64,000 bases of DNA from a virus (lineage: Duplodnaviria; Caudoviricetes): IMG/VR virus record IMGVR_UViG_3300037484_000296, positions 1 to 64,000 of that record. One strand, written 5' to 3'. The position numbers were made by a program, and so were the translations under genes. A model generated the notes under the pieces. That model was not told where the DNA came from. It was given only the letters and a program-made list of their open reading frames with translations, and searched no databases. Positions 38,801 through 46,149 of the stretch are shown in pieces. Numbering within the stretch: the stretch's first letter is position 1; each line of letters starts with the position of its first letter.

Positions 38801-38844
38801 GGCCAGACAAGAGGGCTATGTTATTCGACCGGGCGGTTCAATAA
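26827..38844 (+). CDS. giant polyvalent internal virion protein (iPPase-like, three HExxH peptidase-like, GNAT-like, LPD23-like, ADP-ribosyltransferase-like, C-terminal large polyvalent-type domain)
   Basis: 4005-aa ORF; GADGDAMDAFIGP; HELFH, HELVH, HEIQH; RKRGLGTMAM..L..FAD; RFEIDD; FRKWFGNS...EPLVVYHGS. Confidence 0.85.
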   Translation: MPIVSDKEFEGISSAKSGQILDESDFMKIAPNVPKPDTGVASMEAQASTIPQPKPVASAMPDLSTPVQPTSAMPDLKPDASPVSIKNVAKTLGQGAMDVAGGVSYLSQFVNPMDLVLKAAGRKTLGESGMELSEKASKALEESIPEAERPRPIFSENTKIIEPILKGELPTIELNPEARFSDVFMQGVRQVPQFFGGIAGKSEKAVSLANTIGQKVLPKLGSTLEQKAISMAEKHLAKTGMNLGTDAARKYAENIIGQTIMQAGIGAAQTGGMDAASAYTDVMNMKPEELQSTEYKDTYNDLLAKGQNPEDAKRILANGIANQVFIKTAPSGIPSQLLEFVLPEILHGGRLKRSVKGFLAGAPGEALQEGYEQRIQNVEEQRANPAINPEQGVAESMLLGGLMGGLPGAAQGLKGRPEAKKPYVPNLENQYSPVFPDLTIPPADKAAPAAPIADFDLTSMQPTERGQKIISAMPQMQALKETTAAWRQEAAQGRPAPFTGPGTAMPPIDLTAQDILSQQAEPQGQEERGRPVPVIPSYSTEQFEPGTIMDAEIPTREFTPPPPSQFASSVEKARAKQGPRKPLEMARPTETAMPALEGEIMSPTAKQGAVPSLESNIIEGKAIEEDRELTRKIDQAAYKAEMPKSEAQASAGNYRQGAIVPVQGLNFRAETPRGMFRGGKNKDTGEVWRTKMEAHYGKLIDLPGADGDAMDAFIGPKPTSPTVFVVNQVNPKTKAYDENKIMIGWDSLESAKQAYMDHYAKGWQGFGGIVPMTAEQLKQWATKENVKKPAPMLPAPEARKALPAPEIAGKPTSAMPESLQLPPERLSIPDQKVVKRPVQAEQKALPAPEPVSPPVETAPDSETKPSFDEPRAKKLIEKQGMIYKGTQEDADGNPVDVLFNDPQTDNATYTLPVGKVNAMTIARKIREKRAEFAKAQKPQEKVVEPEKKETPIVKESLQVGSTVRVGNSPEVHTIERELPQTESEKELGEKYFDVKNSKGEIDTYEAKDLKPVKVAEKKEEVEGGSKVRTIHALIESGDKEITRKEIANLYEVKQKQLYKGHIMTAGDVIRDYLKPNGIKVVGKKTEKPSIKTTLTVAGKGGTPNEKAVRQEDADDAAAEAGQKEKVATTTVKLGGKTEKTAMPDTAQTSHFQKLKKELASLKGKNDEQSQKRRVNILDELESYQEETAPTPEKIKSDRQAADEFLKKKLTESQIAGVAVRQQEEIPKEVVKDAVEAAPGTTAKELKAQKKFLIEHVDEAIKDAPEEIEGLDRKVQQINDINNKAKAAYDKAANLRHYKKDEDQVQKLFSEREAFHRQAREIQATIPSVTIEVPNDGNFTVYNDKATLKKFKEIVAKQFPTTPEKAKNLTQPSGKARGYRAPSELEEGIDFKLNGKPAYTNGHLLLLGETKAIPETLAKRWGGADKETNQENRERLAEQAKRLFAENAEKAKLPVGKIKFVAIDEKPYNPADKKNDFPYGVADYPIRGEKQSTTVLISGDVSNAISTDYYQHIIDHYPDATFKIGVEMSKGDNISPVGVYSKGKHAGIVMPWRSSDAVQIAREHMQEESASGKTESVKAPKQEEIKSEAPREAPKYASRDSDFTKISDYISKNYGSKVNIPAFTSKLREMVKSATITAENAEKVIARLKATGEVTIPKSQVLEIAAEEGSNVTRQIKAERSGDNLRVPESYGPLELEAFRLVEEDLGRTIAPSSRISPIQKQVAGEWEKFTGTKILFANSNNIPFDGAVPKKGYIIVSDALDTPQLLSKVIGHELFHNIEHVAKLSPELEAKYKNFSEIARRLITDAKVKEFMEVENKKRVNRLGMKQLETVEEAWSEYGAHILGDAIRDKRFYERMYQQDRNLFEKFVDYIVGVFKKLKILSPDVVESEYYSPEQAVRLINESSDLFAQYLRVKDDFGVVSGESAQGPAYSTKPNQKSLDSIVGKWEKLGVAIDAFDYRNKKNTRIPRQLLSINRIEVDRDKRKRGLGTMAMHDLTDFADENGLRIELSPDDSLGATSKGRLKEFYKRFGFVENKGRNKDFRTSATMYREAITAEGQPLYAAQGIAGKGMSKHDAIFEMKKLDIDFDNLENFVVVENEARLPENIQNDMLSKGLSGTIEGAYDADANAFYIIAGNIASEKRLQQVVQHELVHKGLRNVLGPRIEPIFTAIGKKYRNEIREIADEYNLNVNKKTEMLTAVDEFIARYGEEYKEQPLIKRMIAIVRSWLRNHGFTVDWSDNDILNLAGAALKAEGMGEGVRYSFAGKKAKGFNEAQGKFSDLADRQERFEIDDNKAELQNIKLDSEGVANRTILLSEVLSHAELFKAYPEFKSMLTNISIDPSLEESNGRFDEGTPDTKRYFGREPEITVNARNLEEAKDVLLHEIQHALQVRENFAKGGMPTVGGATELKDRFEEMQDEYNRLKKKLWAERTTRENARFGTLENEIRLLAKRLEGESVDRYRRLSGEEEARRVSARADMTAEERLGTPYERTDLREGEERIVRREGGVAESKESGKIPPMTPKKGAGEKPTEKNPVTPGSGNQVYRSRGPEDAQLMREEDPNGSLANYDKQSQREWLRGANPPSDGKITLYRATPEGKEIAAGDYVTSSRKYAEDHIKNNLGGEGKISQISATLDDIYPADGPGEFWYAPKNILTEKPESKPEGGKWTAKGWVVDFNPQPILDKYGLKNGDEDILQKFAGEGGFISDLSRSQGERYNGLEQQGFIERKHQDVGPGELMGQGFPAKEVDRMILTDRGRELLSGIKRVHREAEKKFFDQLASSDSPRSPQSGDQAALSRSFQEGEENVQGNEGLPESQPGMGEVYGEPGAGREGVNKLRPASVGSEQGDRREDRTTRGANGPILSNPSFRKWFGNSVVTVDGKAGSEPLVVYHGSPIKGFEQFDKNKINPYDPDGPYNGFYFTSDEKDARRSGDFPWGRPNTKGGGETRAYYLALQNPATRSYARKVANEIANTWEQKYPEARSLNDAVRMDLQTRGHDGIIHEPYFVPSKEEFERSGKVSLNKFGRELRKSEEYPGGVDLYSGNEHITGYTDFNEAADMNRHGVFIAFEPTQIKSATGNTGEFSPENPNILYSKARGAKVASEATEKLTPYSAKPENNIFTEIASNPKRFYRSYRQSFADNDLSKLERLIGLPHWIAKNFADFDRVMDVEEIRQENRDTLRNGLLSARIKKNKDGMHEFLALPKESKKKVEKYLLKSDKENRVMNPDELKGLDTESKSAYYSWKRAMDAALELRMQWLEKMNLLPYEDKSWFESLKNVTSQKGKKNRDKTKKQVLSSIPEDSHRAFNEAYNAVIFGRTEIAKMRRQIGRIKFYVPHQREGNYVVDVHDPRVAKPTEWNEKFMGPWKGRLIWSERSTNKVKGTETLLRLQQKFPGMKMSEYVSKQVPEEIYQAISEAAIERFVEGSLKRAESKEGVSPEAAHALRNALFETVTDDLRKRGWERHAIHRSETWVGGYETENLDKAFVDYMSGLSGSLTKMEAAYRYTQALKQIDKKKTELYAYAQNYVKNLTRNQTDIDRKVGKAKAAAFFMYITGKLSMVPIQLTQNFVTGIPQLGRYTRGAGRKYSKAMADVATQGRISKLSPVEQAALKDFHDKGLDQAKFLNDIMGQVDGYTKGAWNKVNRGLGLPFFAMEHFNRKSAFLAAYRVFENKKNIDNEKGYDAGAFKRATDFVHDTHFQMGRANKPELAAGPGPGGALLNAAYTFNSFSHNFVLSLADGFRTGNAKEGGLLALRSLFWLTILGGMTSIPWWDDFLDIMEKQFGWTTRATERKFLRTIGGETLETFGMHGLPALLGFDLSGSMKTAIPFHEGVSETAMGVYGGLLEKLSRGAKSFNRGDYWRAAEQWSPLFLENAMKGVRMYGEPATTPGGRIVYDAEGNPITLNAKEAAGQFFGIRPEKVSTAQAKRQEMINTVTYYAEQKQAIYDEFALANTAEKRARVMKKVRQFNSKVKDLKGAVPLITAATLRQSIMRKRRPDKRAMLFDRAVQ

Positions 38845-38850
38845 TTCCTC

Positions 38851-38890
38851 TTGACCAGTGCGTAGGAAGTGCGTAGAATAGAAGTATAGA
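38851..38890 (+). promoter_or_regulatory. sigma70-type promoter with direct-repeat operator
   Basis: TTGACC (38851-56), 17 bp, TAGAAT (38874-79); AGTGCGTAG at 38857 and 38868. Confidence 0.75.
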
Positions 38891-38909
38891 GGGGAATAAG
38901 GAGTTAAGC

Positions 38910-39624
38910 ATGGTAGAAGCAAATATGCTTGAACAGCAAGTGGTTGCGCTCAAGTGTCGATATTGTAAATCAGAAACCGATCTATTTGGAGCAGATGATG
39001 TTGACAGACTTTGGCATGTCTGTGGCGACCGGGAGCGAAGGCACTATTCTGAATGCGCGATACATGGGAAGCATGTTGACCCATTTTATTTTTGCGGATG
39101 CATTGACAGGCGTGTAGTTATGGAAACGAGATAACACCACAACGACGCGCATCGGAAAGGCCCCATATGGACATCGTTCACATAGACCATGACGGCGATT
39201 ACAGTCATTGCGAAACGCACCATGTCAGAAACAGTGATGCAATAAAATATTACTGCTTTGAATGCAGAAAATATATCGTTCCAGACGAAACCCATAAAAC
39301 CGAAGAAGAGGCAATAGAGATATTAAAGAAGAACGGTACGTGGGAAGTGTTTGAAATGATACGCAGTGCGTATGCCGGGTGAAAAGTAAAATTATAATGG
39401 ACGACTCTGAAAAGCAAATGCGCATTAATAATGCCAATGCACTTCATCAGGCGATTCGTGTGCTGGATGAAGAAATAGATAAACTGCTAATGCCTGTTTT
39501 CCTTGACGCGCAAACTGCAACGGCAGAGGAAATCAAGAAGCTGATTATGGAATTCCCATCAGGAGCGCACCGGACAGATCTACGTGCCCTTTTAATAAAA
39601 AAAGAAAGGCAATGTAGCCCATGA
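38910..39624 (+). other. three small hypothetical CDS (38910-39134 Cys-rich; 39167-39382 Cys/His-rich; 39379-39624)
   Basis: Co-oriented ORFs downstream of promoter with RBS or overlap coupling. Confidence 0.55.
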
Positions 39625-39764
39625 AACGCGAAAACTTCTTCCTAACAGACAAACAAAGCAAGCAGCTTGCAGCCGAGGCCAAGAGGACAGACACGAAGAA
39701 GGCTGAGATTGTCCGTCGCGCACTGGACCTGTATTTTGCGTCGGCGAAGAAAGGCAAGGAATGA
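39621..39764 (+). CDS. ribbon-helix-helix (CopG/Arc-like) DNA-binding protein, 47 aa (not in ORF track)
   Basis: Hand-translated MKRENFFLTDKQSKQLAAEAKRTDTKKAEIVRRALDLYF...; alternating beta strand plus AEIVRRALD helix. Confidence 0.75.
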   Translation: MKRENFFLTDKQSKQLAAEAKRTDTKKAEIVRRALDLYFASAKKGKE

Positions 39765-40408
39765 GCATACCTCTACCAAAGCAATGGCCGTGTCTGGAAA
39801 ATTTTATTTATGAAATTCCGCCAGAGGTCGAAAAGAAAATCAAGACGGGCACTTATGGAATGACCGTTGATTTTGACCATGCTCGCCGGTCGTCCACCTT
39901 GACGCTTACTCAAGATGGAATTGTAATTGCTGTTTTAGATGGGGTAGAGAAAAAGGAGGCAATGGACTAATATGAAGTACCCAATAGAACTATTCGTGTA
40001 CGCGGAGGATGCGCACGACGTCCCCGTTGACGCATGGAGATGTGATGATGTCGATACGGTGCGCTATCTGTGCGCAGACTTAAAATGTGAAGATTGCGGG
40101 AGCCTCAAGGAATGCGAAAGGGGCAAAGTTGGATTGGCGGCCTGCATGTCTATTGTTTGCGCGGAAGGGAATAAATGAAAGAGATTGACGCGGACATTAT
40201 TACTGATTGGATAAAGGGTAATTTAGACAGCGGGAAGTTTCTCGTAGTCTCTCCGTACATATACGACCTATCCCCGGAATCATTGCGATGTCACCCTAAC
40301 TTTATTAAGCAGAAAAAACTTAACCCGCATGAAATAGATGTATTGTACAATCCAGCCACGGGCAGGCCGTGGGTTAGTAAAGCGTTCAATAAGCCAGATC
40401 GTTCATGA
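39761..40408 (+). other. three small hypothetical CDS (39761-39970; 39972-40178; 40175-40408)
   Basis: ATGA overlaps. Confidence 0.55.
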
Positions 40409-40469
40409 TTTTTTTGAACAGTCATAAAAACTAAATAACCAAGACGGATCACCTGAGATTTAATCAGAG

Positions 40470-40512
40470 GCCGGGCCGGAAGATAGCAATTCTTCCGCGA
40501 CCCGGCTTTTTT
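40470..40512 (+). terminator. intrinsic terminator ending the accessory operon
   Basis: GCCGGG-CCGGAAGA...TCTTCCG-CCCGGC then T6. Confidence 0.7.
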
Positions 40513-40538
40513 ATTTTGCGGCAAGGGAGGTTGTCTGA

Positions 40539-41114
40539 ATGAAGATAGCATTGGACCCCGGACACGGGAATGACAAGCCCGGAGCAGTATTTGACCCCGA
40601 TACATCAGTAGAAGGCGATGAAATCAAAGAAAAGGATATAAACCTGGAAGTAGCTTTATCGGCCGGAAGGCATCTCCGCGAAAAAGGCCATTTCGTTCTA
40701 TTCACCCGCGACAAAGACATAGATGTTACCCTGAAGCAGCGCAAGGATATGATTAACCAGTTCAAGCCGGACGCCTTCGTGTCGATTCATTGCAATGCGT
40801 CCGAGAAGCATAATTCAAAAGGGATAGAGGCATTTTACAGGGACGATATCGACTTCCCGCTTGCGAACATTATCCAAAAAGCCCTTGCGCAAATGACCGG
40901 GCTGAAGGATAGAGGCGTATTCAACGATATCGGGGATCTTAAAAAGAGGCTCACCGTTCTCGATGATAGCGAGAAGATACCGGCCACATTAGTCGAACTT
41001 GGCTTCATCGACAACGAAGAGGACCGAAACTATATCACAAATAACATTCAGACGATAGCCGAGATCATCGCTGAAGCTATTCATGGGTGGGCGGTCCAAA
41101 GGGGGATAGCATGA
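40539..41114 (+). CDS. endolysin, N-acetylmuramoyl-L-alanine amidase (Amidase_3)
   Basis: IALDPGHG, EK.INL, FVSIHCNA, LVELGFIDN motifs. Confidence 0.92.
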   Translation: MKIALDPGHGNDKPGAVFDPDTSVEGDEIKEKDINLEVALSAGRHLREKGHFVLFTRDKDIDVTLKQRKDMINQFKPDAFVSIHCNASEKHNSKGIEAFYRDDIDFPLANIIQKALAQMTGLKDRGVFNDIGDLKKRLTVLDDSEKIPATLVELGFIDNEEDRNYITNNIQTIAEIIAEAIHGWAVQRGIA

Positions 41115-41359
41115 TACAGGCAGTCATTTCATTTCTGAAAAGCACGGCGTTCTTCCTCGCTAAAGGTTCGCTAATCATGTGGGGATACACGATCAATATG
41201 GTAGTTCTCTCCTGGTACGCGACTACGCATAGCAAGACAATTGACAGCAGTGTGGCCGCTATGTATATCGCTGCGCTCGGTGCCTTCGTCGGCAAGAAAG
41301 GTTTTGACGAGTACCAGAAGACCAAAGCCACAAAAAAAATGGAGAATGGCGATGTTTGA
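41111..41359 (+). CDS. holin-like membrane protein
   Basis: Two hydrophobic helices, basic C-terminus, between endolysin and spanins. Confidence 0.65.
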   Translation: MIQAVISFLKSTAFFLAKGSLIMWGYTINMVVLSWYATTHSKTIDSSVAAMYIAALGAFVGKKGFDEYQKTKATKKMENGDV

Positions 41360-41744
41360 TAAACTAAAAACTTTTTTCAGCCAGTTCAAGATTTATGTCG
41401 CCGTGGCATTGGTCATATTGTCTTTTGTGGCCGGCGGGTACGTCGTCTACAAACTCAAGCAGCCGGTGATCGACAAGTTGAAGCTGGAAACCCAGGTTTT
41501 CCGAGATGCCAACCTAGTCAGTACGGCCACGATCAGCGCTCTCAAATCGGATGTGACCAAGGCCCATACACAATGCAAAGAACAAATAGATCGTCAGGCT
41601 CGGACGCAACGGAAATTGAAGCAAATTGACGAAGCAGGAGGGAAAGCAAATGTTCAAGTACCTAATAACGGTGGCAGTGGGGACGCTTCTGGTGGCACTC
41701 TTCTTGACCTTGGAAACCGGGTGTTCGACCGTCCCGGTTACTAA
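41346..41744 (+). CDS. inner-membrane spanin (Rz-like)
   Basis: N-terminal TM anchor plus coiled coil. Confidence 0.7.
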   Translation: MAMFDKLKTFFSQFKIYVAVALVILSFVAGGYVVYKLKQPVIDKLKLETQVFRDANLVSTATISALKSDVTKAHTQCKEQIDRQARTQRKLKQIDEAGGKANVQVPNNGGSGDASGGTLLDLGNRVFDRPGY

Positions 41745-41922
41745 AACTGAATATGTTAAGGCAGAGAGGCCCGCACTTCCGGCCAAACCGCAACTTTATA
41801 AAGTGGTGTTCGCGGAGGAAGGAGAATGTTTTCATCTGACTAAAGAGAACTTCCAGAACCTTCTTAAAAACATCACGCTTCTGTTTGGGCACATTGACAC
41901 TTTAGAGGCTGGATGGGAGTAA
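41650..41922 (+). CDS. outer-membrane lipoprotein spanin (Rz1-like)
   Basis: Signal peptide ending ...LETG-C, Pro-rich linker, overlaps Rz-like 3' end. Confidence 0.7.
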   Translation: MFKYLITVAVGTLLVALFLTLETGCSTVPVTKTEYVKAERPALPAKPQLYKVVFAEEGECFHLTKENFQNLLKNITLLFGHIDTLEAGWE

Positions 41923-41941
41923 TTGGCGATGCTTCCATTTA

Positions 41942-42634
41942 TCACTCTGAATTCCCGTAACGTTGCACCCTGTCCGCCTTGTCTTTGCCGTGTTTGCGAA
42001 CCAACTTTTTATACGCGTTTGCCCTGGCCCGGTCATCAGCGGCATCGCGGTTCTTCTTGTCGGCAACTTCTTTTTCGTCGTACATTGCGGCCCACATATT
42101 ATCTGACATGATATCCAGCCCGGCGGTATCGGCTACACCGACTTCACGGGCGTCAACGGTTCCCGGCTCGACTTGCTTGATCGACTTGATGTCCTTTGCG
42201 CTTATGCAGTCCTCGAACAAACTTCGTTGCGTACAATACTGACCGTTCCTTTTTTCAAGGTTGTGCCATACCTGAGCGTAACCGGTTTTGGTGATTATTA
42301 CGTAGTCGTATTCGGTTTCCGCGAAAGCAATAGAACCGAAAAGCAGAATCATAAACAGTGCTATAAACATTTTCATGACGCGCCTCCATAAATTGGGAAT
42401 CGTGGAAATGAAAAAGTTTCGAGTATAATAACAAGCCATCCATAACCAAAAAGGCTTTCTAATGGTAATGGTGCAATCATTGTTGACCGATTCTACCACC
42501 CACGGGCCGTTAGCATAGGGCTTATTGCTGCCTGCTATCTTGATATAATCTCCCTTATGGAAATCTGCGGCAAGGGGATTAATGGTGGTTATGTTGTCAC
42601 TTTTCATATTCCTCGCAAATCTTTCTAGCTTCAT
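41942..42634 (-). CDS. hypothetical protein; probably contains an internal start for a secreted/periplasmic protein
   Basis: Internal GGAGG + ATG before MKMFIALFMILLFGSIAFA signal peptide. Confidence 0.5.
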   Translation of the reverse strand: MKLERFARNMKSDNITTINPLAADFHKGDYIKIAGSNKPYANGPWVVESVNNDCTITIRKPFWLWMACYYTRNFFISTIPNLWRRVMKMFIALFMILLFGSIAFAETEYDYVIITKTGYAQVWHNLEKRNGQYCTQRSLFEDCISAKDIKSIKQVEPGTVDAREVGVADTAGLDIMSDNMWAAMYDEKEVADKKNRDAADDRARANAYKKLVRKHGKDKADRVQRYGNSE

Positions 42635-43010
42635 CTTCTGTTAAAGCTCTCCCTGTTTCCATAAAGCGATAAAATATCTGTGACACTTTTAATGGGGTCA
42701 TTATGAACCCGTCTGGCGTATACGCAATAATTTGTCTGCCAGCAACCCCATCGGCATATAGTACTCCGGAAGAAAATGATGGGGCATCGGACATATCCCA
42801 AGTGACATTGGCGTGATGGATAGGTTCATCATTGATGTCCAATAATTCCGGCGGCGTACCTGCGTAGATCTTTATTTTGGATGCCCCCCCAAAAATCGAC
42901 TTTGCAATATCAGGGTTGAGCGGTTTCGAACTGAGATTTGCCCCTTTTCGCGGAGGCGCTATAGCTCGAAACTCATCCCATAGCCTTTTCGATTCTTCGT
43001 CCATTTCCAT
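42597..43010 (-). CDS. hypothetical protein downstream of structured RNA
   Basis: AGGAG RBS. Confidence 0.65.
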   Translation of the reverse strand: MEMDEESKRLWDEFRAIAPPRKGANLSSKPLNPDIAKSIFGGASKIKIYAGTPPELLDINDEPIHHANVTWDMSDAPSFSSGVLYADGVAGRQIIAYTPDGFIMTPLKVSQIFYRFMETGRALTEDEARKICEEYEK

Positions 43011-43025
43011 TGTCGCTCCTGCTTA

Positions 43026-43195
43026 AATCCCATGCGGGGCACTACGAGCGTATCGGCATCGCCGGTCTGACCGGGCAATCCTCCGTGATCAGCGGTGTTC
43101 CAATCTTTTAACTATTAGGCCCTGGTCAACTTCTTCCCGCCTGTTCCCGCACACGGCCATTACCGTGCATGGTTCGTAGTCTCCCGTATGGGATT
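43026..43195 (-). ncRNA. candidate structured RNA or 5' leader (~170 nt)
   Basis: Terminal inverted repeat (18/21 bp), internal stems, consensus promoter immediately upstream, no ORF. Confidence 0.55.
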
Positions 43196-43207
43196 CATCA
43201 CTCTTAA

Positions 43208-43236
43208 AGTATATCCAAAAGTATTAATATTTTCAA
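43208..43236 (-). promoter_or_regulatory. sigma70-type promoter
   Basis: Minus strand TTGAAA, 17 bp, TATACT. Confidence 0.75.
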
Positions 43237-44891
43237 GGTAAATTTTCTGGCATTATGGCATCTGATTTTAGGCATATGGCATTGCCATCTATCTCTGCTG
43301 GAATGCCGCCGCGATCTATACAGGCAATTTTTTGTTTATGAACGTCATACGCCAAATTGGTCCATCCCCATACCCATCCCCATATCGCGACAGACAATAA
43401 TAAGTAAAACACAACATCAATAAGAGTGCTAGATTTCATTGTCTTCCCTCCATTCTTTCAAGCGCTTTTTGTGCCTCTTTCGCCGCCCATGTTTTCGGAT
43501 GCTCTGCTTCTCCTTTGCAATAAATGCATCCGGAGCCGTCGCAGTAGGTTTCTCCTGCGATCTTTTCTAGGGCTTCGCGGGCTATTACGGTCGTAGTTAT
43601 AGTTGACGGGGGAGACCATCCTAGCTCAATAAGCGCATTACGGACGGCATGATCCGTAAGGTCGAGATGGCGCTTGAACGTCATGTCAAAAATACTCTCC
43701 GTGGCTTCAATTAAATAGGATTTTAACGTGTCTATCTGGAATGAGAGTTTATTGTTTGTCATGATGCTCCTAACTATCAATCCTTCGGCCTTAATACAAA
43801 CCTCTGCCCGTCCGCAGCGGTCACGCCCTCGGTCATTAGATCGAACGACATAGCCTTACCTGATAACTGTAATATTTTTTGCTGTTGCTTCATCATACAT
43901 TCGTGCATCTGGATAATCACCGCCCGGAGCATGGTTAACTCGTCTACCCCAGCGATTAGCGCTGCCCGTCGTGTTGCACATGCGGTTACATTGTTGGTCC
44001 AAACGGCATAGAGGTCTTGATCGTATAGTTCGAACGGTCCTTGATTGTCTGGCATTTAAATGTTCTCCCATTCCTGCTTCTCCGCATTCCATTGCTTATT
44101 GAACTTCTCTTTCATGACGAATGCAATCCACAACTGCTCTGCGGACGGGAAAGCCACTCCACTGTTCATGAAGAAGTGAAATTCCAAGAGCATTAACGAT
44201 ACTGCATTCTTGCCTCGCACAGTGCCAAAATTGTCGATGACCATATCTTGAAGTTGGTCTTGACGAGGCAACCATATGAAATATTCAGAAGCAAGCCCAT
44301 CATGTTTTTGCTCAAAATAATGTCCGCCACGGTCGTGTTCTATCCTGTAGGTAAAATAATTTACGTTTTCAGGGCCAAGATGTTTAGCAAGATTTGTGAT
44401 CTTATCGCAAACAATAGACCACTGGCGGTACAAGCCGTGAGAAAAAATATCGCCAACGTTAATATTTGATTTTAATTCTTCCCATCCATTCTCGTGCAAA
44501 ATCTCCCATGCTGGCTTGCGCCAATAGTTTTGCATCTCTTCTGCTTTAGAACACAATAAAACGTACTCTGGGGAAAGATCCATGGCTATCCTTTCTATTT
44601 GAACGCACAGTTTGGGTTAGAGTTATAGTTCATGGCTAGATCTTCCAGCGTAAGCGCTCCATCGTCCTTAATCTCGCCAACAATTTTATCCAGCAATTCG
44701 TAATATTGCTGATCGCTACCTTCGCCGCAGTCATGACGATTCAAGCAAACTATTTTGCGCTTGCCGTCAGGGGCCAATATGGTGAACCCTCGCTCTATTG
44801 TAGCGTGAGCAACGAATCCTTCTTCGCTTCCAAAGGGGCCGATAACCTTCACTTCTTTCCCAATGATATCGTGGATCAAGTTTTCTTTCAT
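43233..44891 (-). other. five small hypothetical early CDS (43233-43439; 43436-43780; 43777-44055; 44056-44583; 44595-44891)
   Basis: Tightly coupled minus-strand ORFs. Confidence 0.6.
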
Positions 44892-44893
44892 GG

Positions 44894-45268
44894 TTAGCCT
44901 TTCAGTAGTTCAGGGTTTTCATAGATATTCCCAATAACGTGCATCCCTATGTTGTCAACGTCCCATTGCTCAAGAATGGGGAATTCTATACTACTATCCC
45001 ATTTGTGCCGGAAATACTTTTTTCTAAATGCACACTTTTCGAATATGACAATGAAGGTAGAAGGGTCTCCTTTGTAGCCGCAAACATCCCCCTCGAATAT
45101 TTTATTGCCCTTGCAGTCCGTGAGGCCCGTGAACAACATGGGAATCCAGTGATCTCCACTCAAGACAGAATCAAAATACCCTTCCGACTCCCATTCTGCT
45201 TGCAACTCTTTCCATGACAGCATTTGCTTTGCTTCTATATCCCAGGCTCTTATTTCAATGGGGAACAT
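44894..45268 (-). CDS. YopX-family protein
   Basis: IEIRAWD...MLFTGLTD.KG.KIFEGD...VIGNIYENPELL. Confidence 0.88.
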   Translation of the reverse strand: MFPIEIRAWDIEAKQMLSWKELQAEWESEGYFDSVLSGDHWIPMLFTGLTDCKGNKIFEGDVCGYKGDPSTFIVIFEKCAFRKKYFRHKWDSSIEFPILEQWDVDNIGMHVIGNIYENPELLKG

Positions 45269-45270
45269 GG

Positions 45271-46149
45271 TTATCCTTTCTTTTGCTCGTTATTATAATA
45301 GGGCGTGTCTCCCCATTGGAATCCGGGGTCACGGCACATCAATTCGTGCGCCCTCTTATAGATATATTCCAATAAAGCTATATGCTTTTTATATCCATCG
45401 GGTCCGCACCAGTGAAGTTGTCCGCGTTCAATATCTGAGCATCCGTCATATTCCCCTAGCCCGGACATATATTTTTCTGCCTCATCTATGTTTTCCGTGC
45501 TGTCTCCCGGAGAATGGATTGCATTTTTTAGGAGAAAAAATGCTTCGCTGTTATCTTCTGCCCGCATAGCTATTTCGAATACTTCAAAGTCTGCTCGCTC
45601 ATCTTGAACAGACCAGCGGATGCGAAAACCAAATTCTCCGAATATGTCTTCTATTATAATTATTTTACCGGTCTTGTTAATCCGGTTTTCGTTTTTCAAT
45701 GGTTTTATTTGCAACGTCCTTTATGTATTCTTTGTCAAAGTCTTCTTGAGTATACGCAAGGCATTCTCCAAGCCTTGTTGCATAAACCCAGTACGTTTTT
45801 CCACAATGCTCGCACACGCTCTCGAAAAAAGCAGGGCTTTGCTTTGTCATTGAATTGCATACCATGGCGTCACAGTAGGGGCAGTCTCCGAAGATCATGA
45901 TTAGCCTTTCTTCTTATCTGGATAATATTCATCTTTATGGCGCTTAATCAGGAGTACCGTTGCCTTAGCGCACTTTTGAGCACCGTGGATCATGGAATAG
46001 AAATCAGCATCAGGGCATTCCCTGAATTCTCTGAGAAACCTTAGTGATTCTTCGAGTTTTCTTTTTGCTTTGAATATGTCTTCTGGTAGGGTACGCAATG
46101 GCTTCCTTTTAATTGGTCGGGGCGGCCCGATTTGAACGGGCGGCAGCAC
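45271..46149 (-). other. three hypothetical CDS (45271-45714; 45677-45898 Zn-ribbon CPYC/CEHC; 45901-46149, start uncertain)
   Basis: Coupled ORFs. Confidence 0.55.

Noticed and set aside
43026-43195. 6S RNA or retron msr-msd identity for the structured RNA
   Set aside because: The fold looks multibranched rather than a rod with a central bubble, and there is no reverse transcriptase; no family can be assigned without a model search
44890-45276. GTTAGCC (44893) and GTTATCC (45270) as attC cores
   Set aside because: They are TAA-CC-ATG coupling junctions with no hairpin or L boxes; they also show that a GTTA core alone is weak evidence
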